A DNA stretch of 64,000 bases from Eledone cirrhosa (Eukaryota), in contig OZ024741.1 of the NCBI GenBank assembly GCA_964016885.1, forward strand, positions 154,938,001 to 155,002,000, given 5' to 3'. Positions within the stretch are counted from its first letter, which is position 1. The number at the start of each line of letters is the position of its first letter. Below, one piece after another: positions 1 to 13,228 of the stretch. The notes under the pieces are model-generated. The model saw only the letters and a program-made list of their open reading frames with translations. It was not told the DNA's origin and did no database searches. A program made the translations under genes and the position numbers.

Positions 1-99
1 GTTGTTGGAAAAATGGTTAATCTTTTGGGTGTCTACCAAGTCAGTTACCAGATGGAGCCTTAATGTGTCCATTGCCAAGGGAAGTAAGGCATTCAGAGT

Positions 100-1095
100 A
101 TGGTAGATACTATACACTTTTGTAAGTGTCCCATCTGTATTGCAATCCCTATTTGTTTAATAAATTTCTCAAGATCTTTACTCACTGTTTCCAAGACTCC
201 AACTATTATTGGTATTACCACCACCTTTTCCAGTGACCACAACTGCTTGACCTCCCAAGCTAACCTGTCATAACTATCAATTTTCTTTCCTTCTTTATTG
301 CATATCTTCTTATCAGCTGGACAGGCTATATCTTTGATCCAACACTATTTGCTTTCTTTCTCACAATATCTAGTCTCATATGCTCATTCTCATGGTTATA
401 CTGTATCACAAAGTCCCACAGGATATTTGCATCATCAGTTTTGATAACACCCTCAGGGTTATATTCATTCGACTTTTCTGTTCTGTCAAGTGTATATTTG
501 ACACAAAGTGCCCAATGGACAATCCTTGCTATGTTGTTGTGACATCTCTTATATTCTCCCTGAGCTAGTGGTGTGCATTGACTGGTAACATGCGACACAG
601 TTTCTCCATTCATATAACAAATTCCACACTTATCACTTTCTGCTGTGTGGTTTACTCTATACTTGATGTAGTTAGTTCTTAGTGTTTGTTCTTGAGTAGC
701 AGAGATTAAGTCTTCTGTTTCCAGTTTTAGATCACTTTTAGCGATCCACAACAAAATTTTTCTCTGTCTGTCCTATCTTCAACATCTCTATGGAATTGTC
801 CATACATTCTTTTTTTCTGTCCATCTTCTGTCAGTTTTATCCATCTTCAAATGCTTGTACTGTGTTTTTCTTTACAATCTTCTATTTTGCACATCCCTGA
901 CCTTCTTACTTCCAGCAACAGCTTTTCTGTGGAAGTTTTAATGTTATTTCCTTGTGTTCTAATACTGTCTTTGCACCCCATCAGCCCTCCTCCTCCTCCT
1001 CCTCCTCCTCTTTTTCTTGGTACATATAATCTGTCTGTGTCGCTCTTTGGGTGAAATACCCCATATCTAGTCAATAACTTTGTCTTTTTGTCTAA
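100..1095 (-). mobile_element. R4/Dong-like non-LTR retrotransposon 3' fragment (RT thumb, CCHC knuckle, restriction-like endonuclease), degenerate
   Basis: Minus ORFs give HPKSDTDRLYVPRKRGG..GL, LKLETEDLISATQEQTLRTNY, CGIC..ETVSHVTSQC, HNNIARIVHW, ILWDF..RLDIV; motifs typical of R4-clade RLE LINEs; stops and frameshifts. Confidence 0.8.
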
Positions 1096-1097
1096 AA

Positions 1098-1510
1098 GCA
1101 GTATCGGGAGACGGTCAGATGCCATGCTTTGCAGCATAGAGTTACGCTCTTTTATGGTCTGAGTTCAAATCCCGCTGAGGTTAACTTTGCCTTTCATCCT
1201 TATGGGGTCGTTAAAATAAAGCACCAGTAATACACTGGGATAATTGCTGGCCTTGTGCCTAAAGTAGAAAGAATTATTATTATTATTATTGTTATGGCAG
1301 TGTTGGTAGAGCATCAGATAAAATGTTTGTGGTAATTGGTTATGATGTTTTATGTTCTGAGTTCAAATCCTGCTAACTTCAGTTTCGCCTTTCATCCTTC
1401 CAGGCTCAATAAAATAAATTACCTGTAAAGTACCTGGGTCAATATAATTGATCTTTCCTTTTCCTTCAAATTGATGGTCTTGTGCCAAAATTAAAAACCA
1501 TTATTATTAT
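1098..1510 (+). mobile_element. Two tandem copies of tRNA-derived SINE family A
   Basis: B-box-like GAGTTCAAATCC, core GCCTTTCATCCTT..GGGGTCG..AAAATAAAG..CCAG, tail GGCCTTGTGCCTAAAGTAGAAA plus (TTA)n. Confidence 0.85.
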
Positions 1511-1854
1511 TTGAAGAAAAAAAATAAAAGAAGGAAGAATAAGAAATGAAATAAAAGTAGAGCGAGGATGGAAAGAAAGAAAGATGGAAAGAATGGAGAA
1601 AAAAAAAATCAAAGAAAATGAAAATAGATATAAAGAAAGAGAAGGGGAATTAGTAAGATGGCCATGGGCAATGAATTTGTCTTGAAGTAAGCAAGGAATG
1701 AGATGTAGAATGCCTCATAGACAATAGGGAATCAATCTTTGGAAAATACTGAAGATTTCACAAGTGTTAGAATCCTAGCAAACAAACTGGAATTTAAAAA
1801 GAAAAAGTGATATGAAAACTTCATACAATTTATGCTAGAAGGTATGATTGTAAT

Positions 1855-2070
1855 AATGGTTTCTGATTTTAGCACAAGGCTAACAACTTTGGGGGAGGGG
1901 AAAGTCGATTAAATCAACCCCAGTGTGTTTCTGGTATTTTATTTTATTGACCCCGTAAGGATAAAAGGCAAAGCTAACCAAGGTAGCATTTAAACACACA
2001 ACATAAAGGGACATAACTATAAGCTGCAAAACATGCTGTCTGTTGCTCTGCCAATACTGCCAATACTGCC
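1855..2070 (-). mobile_element. SINE family A copy
   Basis: Reverse complement of the family A core and tail (GACCCCGTAAGGATAAAAGGCAAAG). Confidence 0.8.
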
Positions 2071-2074
2071 CAGG

Positions 2075-2580
2075 TTTGGACCATACCAGACCTCAAGCAA
2101 CTTCAAGGGTCTGTCTGTCCAATATTTGATGAAGCTGTTGAACAGCATGGATTTGTCTCTCTAGGTGCTGATCTGGAAACCCATCATCGACTAGTCCAGG
2201 TTGATTTTGCTCCTGTCAATGTTTTATAATCCTCTAAGCAGTTGCTGACCACATGGATTTCTGAGGTGTTTGACACCATCATGGTTACATTGTCCTCAAA
2301 TGCTGTAGCAGCCCTTCTAGTCTGAGTGGGATGCACTGCAACAACTCCAGCTTCTGCAGTAGTGACTTGAAAGAGGAGAGAGGGCATCCTTGATGGACCG
2401 AGACCATGGTCTGGAATGGTTCCGATCAGTAATTATTTACTTTGACCACCAAGCGGATGATGGACAAAAGCCAGCTGCCTTGAGGACAGCCTCCAAGTAT
2501 TGATGATTGACTGTATCAAAAGCTTTTGATTGATCAAAATTGATCAGAGCCCCACAGAAGATTTACTCTTAGCTCTAACA
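2075..2580 (-). mobile_element. Tx1/L1-clade LINE ORF2 reverse transcriptase fragment, degenerate
   Basis: Minus strand reads ALINFDQSKAFDTVNHQYLEAVL, VHQGCPLSPL and AFEDNVT (decayed YADD motif). Confidence 0.75.
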
Positions 2581-2869
2581 ATGCAGCCTTGAGCCATTCA
2601 GGCAGCTATCATGTTGCAATGCCACTCCTGATTCTCTCTTCTAATTTAGTTACTAAGATCCCCCACTCCTTTCTATTTTCCCTATGACTACTTCTTTATG
2701 AAATGCTATTGATTCTACTCTAATCACTCTCTTGAGATCACCCCCACCACCTGTTGTTGACTACTGCTCCTGTCAACATACACTTAACTAACATGGTTGA
2801 CCCTGTCTCTGTAGGCTTTACACACCAGGAATGATGCATTAAGCTTCCAATAACCAGGTTCTTGCCTAC

Positions 2870-3930
2870 AAATTCTATCTAGGCCAACCATGCAGATCAC
2901 AAATTTGTGGTATAAATAAACTTACTCTCTGGGTTTCGGATGTTTGTCTGTACCTCGAGATCCAGGTTTTTTCCTAAACAGCACTGCAAGTCTGCTTCCC
3001 TTTCCAGACCAACTAAGAGATCCACAGATCTCAATGTCATAAAAATTGGGAGCTAGAGTGCAATGTCATCAAAATTAGAACTAGGATATCCTGGACAGCA
3101 GTCACATCCATAGCTAGTGACCTGAGATCATTGAGCAAGTGACCTTGCTTCCAGACAACCCCAGATCATGTACATTTATAGATCCAACTCTTAGAATTGC
3201 CATTTAACTGAATAGAGTTAAGAGAAAATAATGTGTGTGCTGTTGGATATTGGGTGGTTTGATTTTCATATCTGGTTGGAGTTCCTTTGGGAACCCCTTT
3301 AAAGGCCTACTTGGTGCTTTTACATTAGGAGTTCCCACGTCAAGGTTGAAGTTCTCCTTCATGGTTTTGTATGTCTGTAGGGACATGCATATGAATGTAT
3401 TTTGTTGGTTTTCTGGAGTTTGTGTTGGAAATGTACAATGACCACATGTAACTTCACACCACCTGGAAGGCAAATTAGATCTGTGATCCTGTCAATTTTC
3501 TCTGGTTTGATCTGGAAAAATATTTCCAGACTAATCCTAAACCAGTTCTCCTACCGGGTCCTCTTTACTTCCAGGAGGGTTTCATTTTGCTTACGTTGGC
3601 CTAGGTTTTGTTAACTGTGATGAGATTGGCTGCTTGAGTCAAACATTCTTCTCTCCTGCTCAAATCTATTTGAAACAATTCCGTATTTTTTGCAGTCATT
3701 GCTGCTTTTGTAGTTGTTGTTGCCATTGTTGTTGTTGTTGCCATTGTTGTTGTTGTTGATGTTGTTGTTGTTGCTGTTGTTGTTGGCGGTGGCGATGATG
3801 ACGACGATGTTGGCTTTGTTGATGATGTCTATAGTGGTGGTGGCGCTATTGTTAACCTTTTGACTCGTCACATAACAGCTCTGGCTGGATATGTAGTGGG
3901 ATATTGCTTTCATTAAAAATAATTATTTGC
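2870..3930 (-). mobile_element. Tx1/L1-like ORF1 remnant with Asn-rich (AAC)n N-terminal tract
   Basis: Co-oriented upstream of the Tx1-like RT fragment; layout similar to 4897-5290 and 10260-11480. Confidence 0.5.
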
Positions 3931-4107
3931 GTAAATTCAAAGTGCAAAGTTTAAATATTTGTCCCAAATATTATGGGGACTCCTTTCATCGTGACAAAGA
4001 CTTATGTCACCTTTGTAACAAAAAAACTATAGCAAACAGTGATTTAAATATAAGAAAACAACAAACTTACAGGAACTTACAATAACACATCTGTACAAAC
4101 CAATAGC

Positions 4108-4139
<32 letters not shown>

Positions 4140-4149
4140 GTAATCATAA

Positions 4150-4800
4150 TAAACTCTGGCTGAATAATATCTGGACGTCTATAATGAAGCTCCCACAAGA
4201 TGTGAAATAAATCAGACACCATTGACTAAATGATAGAAAATATAGCCAGAAAACGAAGAAGAATATGTTAAACAAGAACGAACAAACCCAACCAAAAATA
4301 TATTCTATGTATGTTCCTATCATATAAATTTCTTTGTTAACACTGGAAACAAGTATGAAAAATGCAGTAAGTTAAAAAAAACAGCCACTACACAATGCAA
4401 AGAGTTTACAACCAAAACAAAAATGAAAGGAAGAAAAAACAACAAACATATAAATAAAAAAGGAATACCGTTGCATGTAAGTAACATAAAATGTATTGAT
4501 TGTATTACAAGTGTTTATATGATGAAAATAGTGAAAGATGTACACAAGGGAATCACATAGATGTATGGTGTTCGTTCTTTGAACTTAAGAAAGAAATTAT
4601 ACAAAGACTGATGTGCACAAAAATGTGCAAATTTAGAAGCCCTAAGGCTAACAAAAGTTATAACATTCTAAATGATGCACCAGATTTTGCCCTTCAAGTG
4701 TCAGAAATAAAATGAAAAAGACACAAATGGACACCTGAGGAATATGCTTCGATTCTTCGTGCATATTCTACAGCAACACTATACCCTAAAAATGATGACA
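4150..4800 (+). mobile_element. R4/Dong-like LINE fragments following a (TAA)n tract
   Basis: WLNNIW-type motif at about 4158 and KWTPEEYASILRAY (Myb-like N-terminal motif) at about 4725. Confidence 0.45.
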
Positions 4801-4896
4801 CATAAAAAATCTAGCAAAAAAAAAACAACAAAACCCACACTCTGATTTAAAGCTTGACCCCTAACAAACTAGCTAGCTGGACCCCTAACAAACTAG

Positions 4897-5300
4897 CTAG
4901 CTGATCAACCCAGTGCTTAACAGGCTTGTTGATTGGCTAGCTGCTTTCTCATTTTTGTTGTTGTCACTGTTACTGTTGCTACTACTGTTGTTGTTGTTGC
5001 TGTTTTTGTTGATATTGCTACTGTCATTGTTTTTGTTGATATTGCTACTGTCATTGTTGTTGTTGTAATCATTGCTCTTGTTGCTACTGCTGCTGTTTTT
5101 GTTGTTGTTGCCATTGTTTCTGCTGCTGTTGTTGGTGGTGGTGATGGTGGCGTTGTCGGAGATGTCTATAGTGTTGATGGATGTGATGTTACTGTTACTC
5201 TTCAGTGTCCAGTCTGAATTGATGTCTTGATGCACACTTTTCTTGAGGAAAATTTTTCCGCTCTGGTTGGGTGGAACCTCCATTTTTCATAAGTTTTCTG
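4897..5300 (-). mobile_element. Second Tx1-like ORF1 5' remnant with (AAC)n Asn tract
   Basis: Shares GATGTCTATAGTG and the GTT-repeat layout with 3700-3850. Confidence 0.45.
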
Positions 5301-5312
5301 GGTGTCAACTGA

Positions 5313-6891
5313 ATTATCTGGTGGGCACTTAGAAAACTAGGTGTTGATGAATGGCTTGTGGAAGCTATACAAGCCATTTATAAAGAAACAGTCAGCAAGG
5401 TTAGAATTAACAACGAATATAGTGAAGAATTTAGTGTAAAAGTTGGTGTTCATCAAGGCTTTGTCCTTAGCCCCCTCCTATTTATTATTGCCCTTCAGGC
5501 TATAACAGAGGAGTTCAAGACTGGCTGCCCATGGGAACTTCTATACACTGATGATCTAACTCTCATAGCTGAATCAATGTTTGAACAAGAGAAGAAATTC
5601 CAAACATGGAAGCATGGCCTAGAATCAAAAGGCTTTAAAGTTAACTTGTCTAAGACTAAAGTTCTAGTTTGTAGGAAGGAAAATAGGGCACAGGTCCCAT
5701 CTGGGAAATGGCCATGCTCAGTGTGTAGGAAAGGAGTAGGCAGAAACTCCATTTTATGTCCCAAATGCAAAGTATGGGTGCATAAAAGATGTAGTGGGAT
5801 CACAGGTAAGCTAACTAAGAATATAGATTTTATATGTGGCCGGTGCTCTGGTGCAATAAGTAGCAGCAAGTGCCCACAAAATACTAGCTCATTCCATTGC
5901 ACAGATGGTTCTATAGAAATAGTGGACACCTTCCGTTACCTGGGTGAAAAAATCAGCAGTGGGGGAGGGTGCTCTGAAAGTACAGTAGCTAGAGTCAGAA
6001 TGGGATGGAAAAAGTTCAGAAAGCTTATACCACTATTGGCCGATAAAGGGTTCTCTCAAAAAATGAAAGGCAGGCTGTAAGATGCCTGCATACGAACAGC
6101 AATGTTACATGGCAGTGAGCCCTGGGCATTGTGTGCAGAGGATATACGCAGACTGGAGAGAAACGAAGCTTGCATGCTCCGCTGGATGTATAATAGTAAT
6201 ATACGTGAACGGCAAAGCATAAATGAACTAAGGGAGAAATTAGAAATAAGAGGGATCAGATGTTGTTTACTCGAGAGAAGACTACGTTGGTACGGTCACG
6301 TGATGCGCATGAAAGACGACAGCTGTATAAAAAAGTGCAGGGCGATAAAAATAGACGGTAGCCACAGAGTAGGCAGACCCAGAAAAACCTTGGACGACTT
6401 GATAAATTCCGACCTCACACACTTACACCTCTCCAAGACAATGTCACTGGACCAAGATCTTTGGCGCTACACAGTCATACAGAAGACCCGCCTTGCCTAA
6501 GTACAAAGCGAAACCTACAGTCAGTAGGTGCCTCTAACAAAATACACCCCCGTCCCACTACCTCCACCCCATCCACACCATCCCCTCAAATGTGAAGTTA
6601 TGTTGGTACTACAACATCCAGTCTGAAACAAATGAGGTTGTGTAGGTGTCATGACAAAAAAAACACACAGTCCACGCTGTAATGTGGCCATGTAGGTAAC
6701 ACAGTAAAAACCTCCCAGTCCACACTGTAAACGTGGTTGGTGTTAGGAAGGGCATCCAGCCGTAGAAAACCCGCCAGACAGTCCTATACGAGCAGGACAA
6801 CAAATCTTGCCTCAAGTGGGAAAACTCCCACCCAAACCCAGGCAAGCGTGGAAGATGGACGTTAAACGATGATGATGATGATGATGATGAT
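5313..6891 (+). mobile_element. 5'-truncated RTE-clade LINE (RT with PHD insertion, 3'UTR, (GAT)n tail), subfamily 1
   Basis: ORFs 5358-6080 and 6102-6500: GVHQGFVLSPLLF, LLYTDDL, KTKVL, C4HC3 finger, FRYLG, RLRWYGHVMR, GRPRKT; one in-frame stop; ends GGACGTTAAAC(GAT)n. Confidence 0.95.
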
Positions 6892-6924
6892 ATATTTTGG
6901 TTATGTCAACAAAATAAAAATAAT

Positions 6925-7840
6925 AATAATTGTTTCCACTTTTGGCACAAGGCCATCAAATACCCAGTACATTACTGGTACTTTATTTTATCGACCCCGT
7001 AAGGATGAAAGGCAAAGTTAACCTCGGCGGGATTTGAACTCAGACCGTAAAGGGACGTAACTATGCTGGAAAGCATGGCGTCCAACCCTCTACTGATACT
7101 GCCAATGATTTCTAGTATAGGCTCAAGGCCAGAAATTTGGGGAGAGGGGAAAGTTGATTAAATCGACCCCAGGGCATTACTGGTGGTTTATTTTATCGAT
7201 CCTGTAAGGATAAAAGGCAAAGATAACCTTGATAGGATGTGAACTCAGAACGTAAAGGGCCATAACTCTATGCTGCAAAGTATGGTGCCCGACTCTCTAC
7301 TGATATACTGCTAATCCACTGCCCTAATAATAATAACAATAATAATAATAGTTTCTGATTTAGGCACAATGCCAACAATTTTGAGGGAGAGGAAATTTGA
7401 TTAAATCATCTCCAATACGTTACTGGTACTTTATTTTATTGACCCTATAGGGATGAAAAGCACAGCTAACCTCGACAGAATTTGAACTCAGAATGTAAAG
7501 GGACATAACTACATGCTACAAAGCATGTCCGATTCTCTAACGACTCTGCCAATCCACTGCCCTAATAATAATAATAATTGTTTCTACTTTTAGCACAAGG
7601 CCAGCAATTACCCAGTGCATTACTGGTACTTTATTTTATCGACCCCGTAAGGATGAAAGGCAAAGTTAACTTCGGTGGGATTTGAACTTAGAATGGCAAG
7701 GGCCGTAACTCTATGCATCAAAGCATGGCGTCCGACCCTCTACCAATACTGCCAATCCACAATAATAATGGTTTCTAATCTAGGCACAATGCCTGAAATT
7801 TATGGAGAGGAAAAGTGAATTAGTATTTGATTGTTACTGG
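6925..7840 (-). mobile_element. Head-to-tail cluster of 4-5 SINE family A copies
   Basis: Repeated GGCACAAGGCC..TACTGGTACTTTATTTTATCGACCCCGTAAGGATGAAAGGCAAAG..GATTTGAACTCAG units separated by (TAA)n. Confidence 0.9.
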
Positions 7841-7849
7841 TCTCTAATA

Positions 7850-8290
7850 GGTGATACCAGCATGTCCCAGAAAGTGTGCTTCATAACAGAGACAAACTCA
7901 AAATACTTTAGGACTTCACCATCCAAATGAACCACTGGCTTGAACACAACTGACCTGATATTGTAGTTAAGCTGAGATATAGGTGTGAATGCCAGATTAT
8001 TGATGTTACCATCCCAGGAGACTACAACATAACCAGAAAATAAAATGAAAAACTAACAAAATATCTGACTTGAAAATAGAAATTGCAAGAATGTGATCAA
8101 TACCACATAACAGCATCATGATAATTCCAGTTATCATTGGAGCTCTTGGCTTGATACCACTAAAACTGAGAGAGTAACTTAAGTGAACAGAGCTTGAATC
8201 ACAAATTGCTCTCCTACAAAAGAATGACATGTTGGGCACTACCCATATACTCAAGAAAGTACTGTCTATCAAATGTACTTGCTGAAACCT
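7850..8290 (+). mobile_element. R4/Dong-like LINE C-terminal RLE fragment
   Basis: Reads PESVL..KIL*DFTIQ..HN*PDIV..CQIIDVTIPGD..EKLTKY..LKIEIARM..IIPVIIGALG. Confidence 0.75.
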
Positions 8291-8379
8291 CACATGCAGT
8301 AGAAGATTAACATATTCACTGTGCTGACCATCAGTAATAATAGAAATGGTTTCTGATTTAGGCCCAAGCTCTGAATGTC

Positions 8380-8680
8380 TTGCTAATGTGGTTTCATGTG
8401 GTTTGTTAATTCAACTGTTTATATTATCTTTACTAGTCAACAGATTATTACGAAAATTTGTAGTAAACTAAGGGCTTTGATTTGTGATGCGGTCCTAATA
8501 CTGTTTTACACTTTTCAACAATGTCTTGCTAATTCAACTGTTTATAGTATCTTTACTAGTAGACTGATTGTTGGGAAAATTTGTAGAAAACTAAAGTAAA
8601 TACTTTAATTTTTCATGTGATGTAGTCTTAATGCTGTTTTGTACTTTTCAAGGAAGACTTGTTAAGGTAGTTTCAAGTGG
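8380..8680. repeat. Approximately 130-bp tandem duplication of a dispersed repeat; related copies in opposite orientation at 48180-48480
   Basis: TAATTCAACTGTTTATA..ATCTTTACTAGT..GAAAATTTGTAG occurs twice; its reverse complement matches 48370-48435. Confidence 0.65.
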
Positions 8681-9029
8681 TAGAAGATGTTAAAAATTAA
8701 CTTGGTTTTGGGGACTGTGTTTCGTATGTGAGTGAGTGAGAGAGAGTATATCAGTTGATTATAAAATGATAGAGTGGTGTCAGAAAAATCTCCATTGCTC
8801 TTCTTTAAAATTTGATTTATGTGTTGCTATCTTCACTAAAGCATTACAGATTCATTGAACTAGCTTAAGATTTTGCATTATTTCTTATCTATATAGCTAT
8901 GGCATGGTGTAGGCATGGCTGTGTGGTTTAGTTAAGTAGTCTCACTTTGCAACCTTCATTCTACTGCATGGCACCTTGATATATATATATATACATATAC
9001 ATATATATGGCTGACTGAATATGCTTGTG

Positions 9030-9240
9030 TGCATTTCCCCCCGTTTTTTCAAATTTTTTCTCTGTTCCTTCCACTTCTCACTCTTTATCTTTCTATTTTA
9101 TGTTCTATTTCTAACTATCTTCTGATGAAGAACTAGTGTCCAAAATGTTAAAACTTTTTTCCTGCTATTTCAAGCATTAAACTGATATATTTCTTCAATG
9201 TACTGTGTTGTTTGCTTTGTTATTTCTGTTTACCTTTAAT
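9030..9240 (+). mobile_element. HHR-bearing short element family B copy, degenerate core
   Basis: TCTT CTGATGA AGAA CTAGTG TCC AAAAT GTT AAAA at 9118-9153; downstream sequence aligns with 16330-16420. Confidence 0.65.
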
Positions 9241-9738
9241 ATATATATAAAGTTGTAGTTCCTGTCTGTTTGTTTGTTTGTTCACGAACTCCTCCTATGG
9301 TTTTGGAGATAGACCTCCATAACCATATATATTCTGAAACTACATTGCCCAGGGTACTTGGATAAGTATACTTCATTTTAATCAAAGGGTTCCCCGGGGG
9401 CACAAATCCCCGCTGAAAAATGTTTCCCTTCGATTTACATGAAATTTAAACCATAGGTGAATAACAAGATATGATACCTATTCACAAAAGCTTTGAATTG
9501 ATATTTTGAAAAAAATTATTTGCAAGAAACAAAATAAGAATAAGATTTAATAATGCAATTATGATTTGATATATTACAAAAAATGATGTTTTCCAATTTT
9601 TCATGCATTACATTTTACATTGAGTAATATTGAAATGCAGAGTTTTTCTCCATAAATTATATCACTGATTTAAAATCAATCATCATTTTCTTACAAAAAA
9701 AATGTGTGAAACACAGCAAGGTGCGGGTAATTCCGCTA

Positions 9739-9739
<1 letters not shown>
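9240..9739 (+). mobile_element. Non-autonomous Helitron-like element
   Basis: 5' ATATATATAAAG followed by (GTCT/GTTT)n; 3' GC-rich hairpin GCGG-GTAATT-CCGC then CTAG followed by T. Confidence 0.7.
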
Positions 9740-9825
<86 letters not shown>

Positions 9826-10259
9826 TGTAAAATGGGATTTTACACATTTATATACTTACTTTACATCTTCCCAATTATTGAGTGCTCACATGATTAGTGG
9901 TCTCCTCGGTATCAGCTCTGCTGAATCTCTCTCTCTCTTATATATATATACATATATATATGTGTGTGTGTGTATCCAGTCTTTTCATCAGTTAGCTAAT
10001 ATATTTTTTCTCTTTATCTGGGTGTCAATGCTCGATTTTCTTGTTCATTTGAATCCTCAAGTTCCATAATACTTTTACTTAGTTGTTTTCAAGGACACGT
10101 TCTGGTTTGTGTTCATTTATATTTTTACTTTTCGACCATCTCTAACCTTTTGTTCCAGTTTTAAACTTGACAAAAGTTTGAAAAAACTGACCTGCTTAGC
10201 GCAGGTGGATCAGTCATATTCACAAGGCACCCCCTGAGGACGTTGTCGGCTTTGTAAAA

Positions 10260-11480
10260 TTTTGCAAAAAGAAATTATCTTTCAGCAACATTTTTATAAT
10301 GGATGCTACAGCAAAGAAGCAGTTTAGCAAAACATCTAATAGAGAGAGGGAGACATTAACACTTGACTTGGAGAAGAAAGATGACAGCATCTATATAATG
10401 GGGACGAATTTGGAGATGAAAAACAATATATTTTGAATGATATTGTTTTAAGGACAAAAAGTATAGACGGTTCCGACAGCAACAACAAAAATGATAACAA
10501 AGACAATAATAAAAACAACAACAATGGAAGCAGCAAGGTGATAAACAAGATCACTGGAAAAAATAACAACAATAACAGGAATAAGGATAACAGCAAACAC
10601 AACTATAAAAAGGAGATCAATAACAACAACAACAACAACAGCAACAATATCAGCGAACATAACAATAACAGCAACAACAACAACGAACCAACGAACAAAC
10701 CAGTTAATAGTACTACCAAAGCTTCTTTTGCTTGTGCCATCAAGTCGTCTTTCAGGAAAATAAGCTTTTCTGAAGATGAAATACAAGAAGCTAAGAGACT
10801 TGTAGAAAGACTGGTCATATTCTCAGCCTGAAGAAGCCCTAGAAACAATTCAAAACACGATATGTCGCACAGTGACATATGATATTTGGTTGAAAACGAG
10901 GAAGGTAGAGAGAGTTACAGAGGCTCATATTCAGAAGGCTTTAGGTTCAGTACTGAACCTAAAAACCTATATACAAGGCTTTTGGCACAGTGGAGGTGAG
11001 ATTTGCTATGGAAAAAGAAACAAGATCTCACTCCATGAAGCCCCTACAAAGTGACAATATCCTGCTCATTCCATTCTACTGCAGAATGAGACTAGTAAGG
11101 ATCAGAATTTCACAAATACTGCCAGAAATAGCCATTCCTTGGCTAATAACTGCAGTTACTGTAGGCATTGAGGAAAATTTGAAAATGTTGGGGGTCTACC
11201 AGACTAACAAAGAGAATTGGTTGGGAATGGGGGTTGAAATCTTTATGCAAACAACACAAAGGAATATAGACATCATCCCCAAGCAAATAAATCTTCTAGG
11301 AAGTATAATTTTACTGGTCTGAGTATAAGGGAGGAAAGCTAGATGTTACATCTGTCTTTCCACAACCCTCATAAGAGCTTTCTGCCCTTCACTGAAAGGA
11401 AATGGACAAAACCTCCACTCCTACTGACACCAACAGCAACTACCACTAAACCCTAGACAACATCACTAAGAAAAGAGATA
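10260..11480 (+). mobile_element. Tx1/L1-like ORF1 remnant (Asn-rich N-terminus, gag-type zinc knuckle)
   Basis: (AAC)n-coded N tract, ASFACAIK, and GRKARCYICLSTTLIRAFCP at about 11328-11388 (decayed CX2CX4HX4C). Confidence 0.6.
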
Positions 11481-11539
11481 CTGCACAAGTGTTAATTGCT
11501 CCATGAAGTTTAGAATTTATTTCTTCTGGTTCTCTATTT

Positions 11540-11680
11540 TTCGAGTTCATATCCTGCCAATTCAGCTTTCCCTTTCATCTATAAGGGTTAGTCAAATACT
11601 GGGGGTCAATGTAATTGACTTATCTCCACCTCAAATTGCTGGCCTTGTGCCTAAATTAGAAAGCATTATTATTACTATTA
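11540..11680 (+). mobile_element. SINE family A copy, old
   Basis: GAGTTCATATCC..CTTTCATC..GCTGGCCTTGTGCCTAAATTAGAAA plus (TTA)n. Confidence 0.7.
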
Positions 11681-12469
11681 CTACTTGTATTGATTTAAAA
11701 AAAATCTTTAAGAAACATGTTGTAATTTTGAAAAGGACAAGAATGTGGCAAATAGATGAATGCTATGTCTTATGCTGGTGTTTATATTGTTGTTGTTGAT
11801 GTTGTTGTTCATGTTGCTGTGTATTCTGTTTTTGTTGTTGTTTTTGATAGTATTATTGTTACTGTTGTGGCTGTGTATTTTGTTGTAGTTATTGTTGCTG
11901 TTAAGTAGCCCCAGGTCAGTTCTGTTTAAGAATGGTTATTCAAACAATTGTTGAATATTGTTTTTCTTCTTCTAGCCATTGCAATTGTGTTATTGTAGTA
12001 GCAGCAGTTGTGGTGGTGGTGGTAGCAGTAGTAATAGTAGTAGTAGCAGCAGTAGTAGTTGTAGCAGCAGCAGCAGCATTAGTACTGCATGGTTGCAGTC
12101 AAGTCATTGAAACTAGTAGGAAAATGAAAGAAATATTTCAAAACCTACCATCATAATTTCATGTAAAAACCTTTGTTATATTCTAAACATTAACTTGATA
12201 AGGAAAAAGTTAGTTATGTTACTAAATTTCTCTGGATTCTAGATACTTTTTTAAATAATTAAAAGATCATGTGTTTCATTAGAAATATGGTAATGGAAGT
12301 GTTAAAGAGATGTTGACAAAAGTAGTTAGGTGAGTTACTTCAATAAATGTCATCTCATTCCATAGAGATTATTTAATGTGTGCTCTTGCTGCTTATCCAG
12401 AGGAAATTGACACCTAAGACCAACTCATCATGAGAGAATATCTATGAAGTCACTTGATACACATGCATA

Positions 12470-13180
<711 letters not shown>

Positions 13181-13228
13181 ATGATGGCTGCAAACTTATG
13201 TTAAGAGTATTGCAATCACTTGTCAAAT

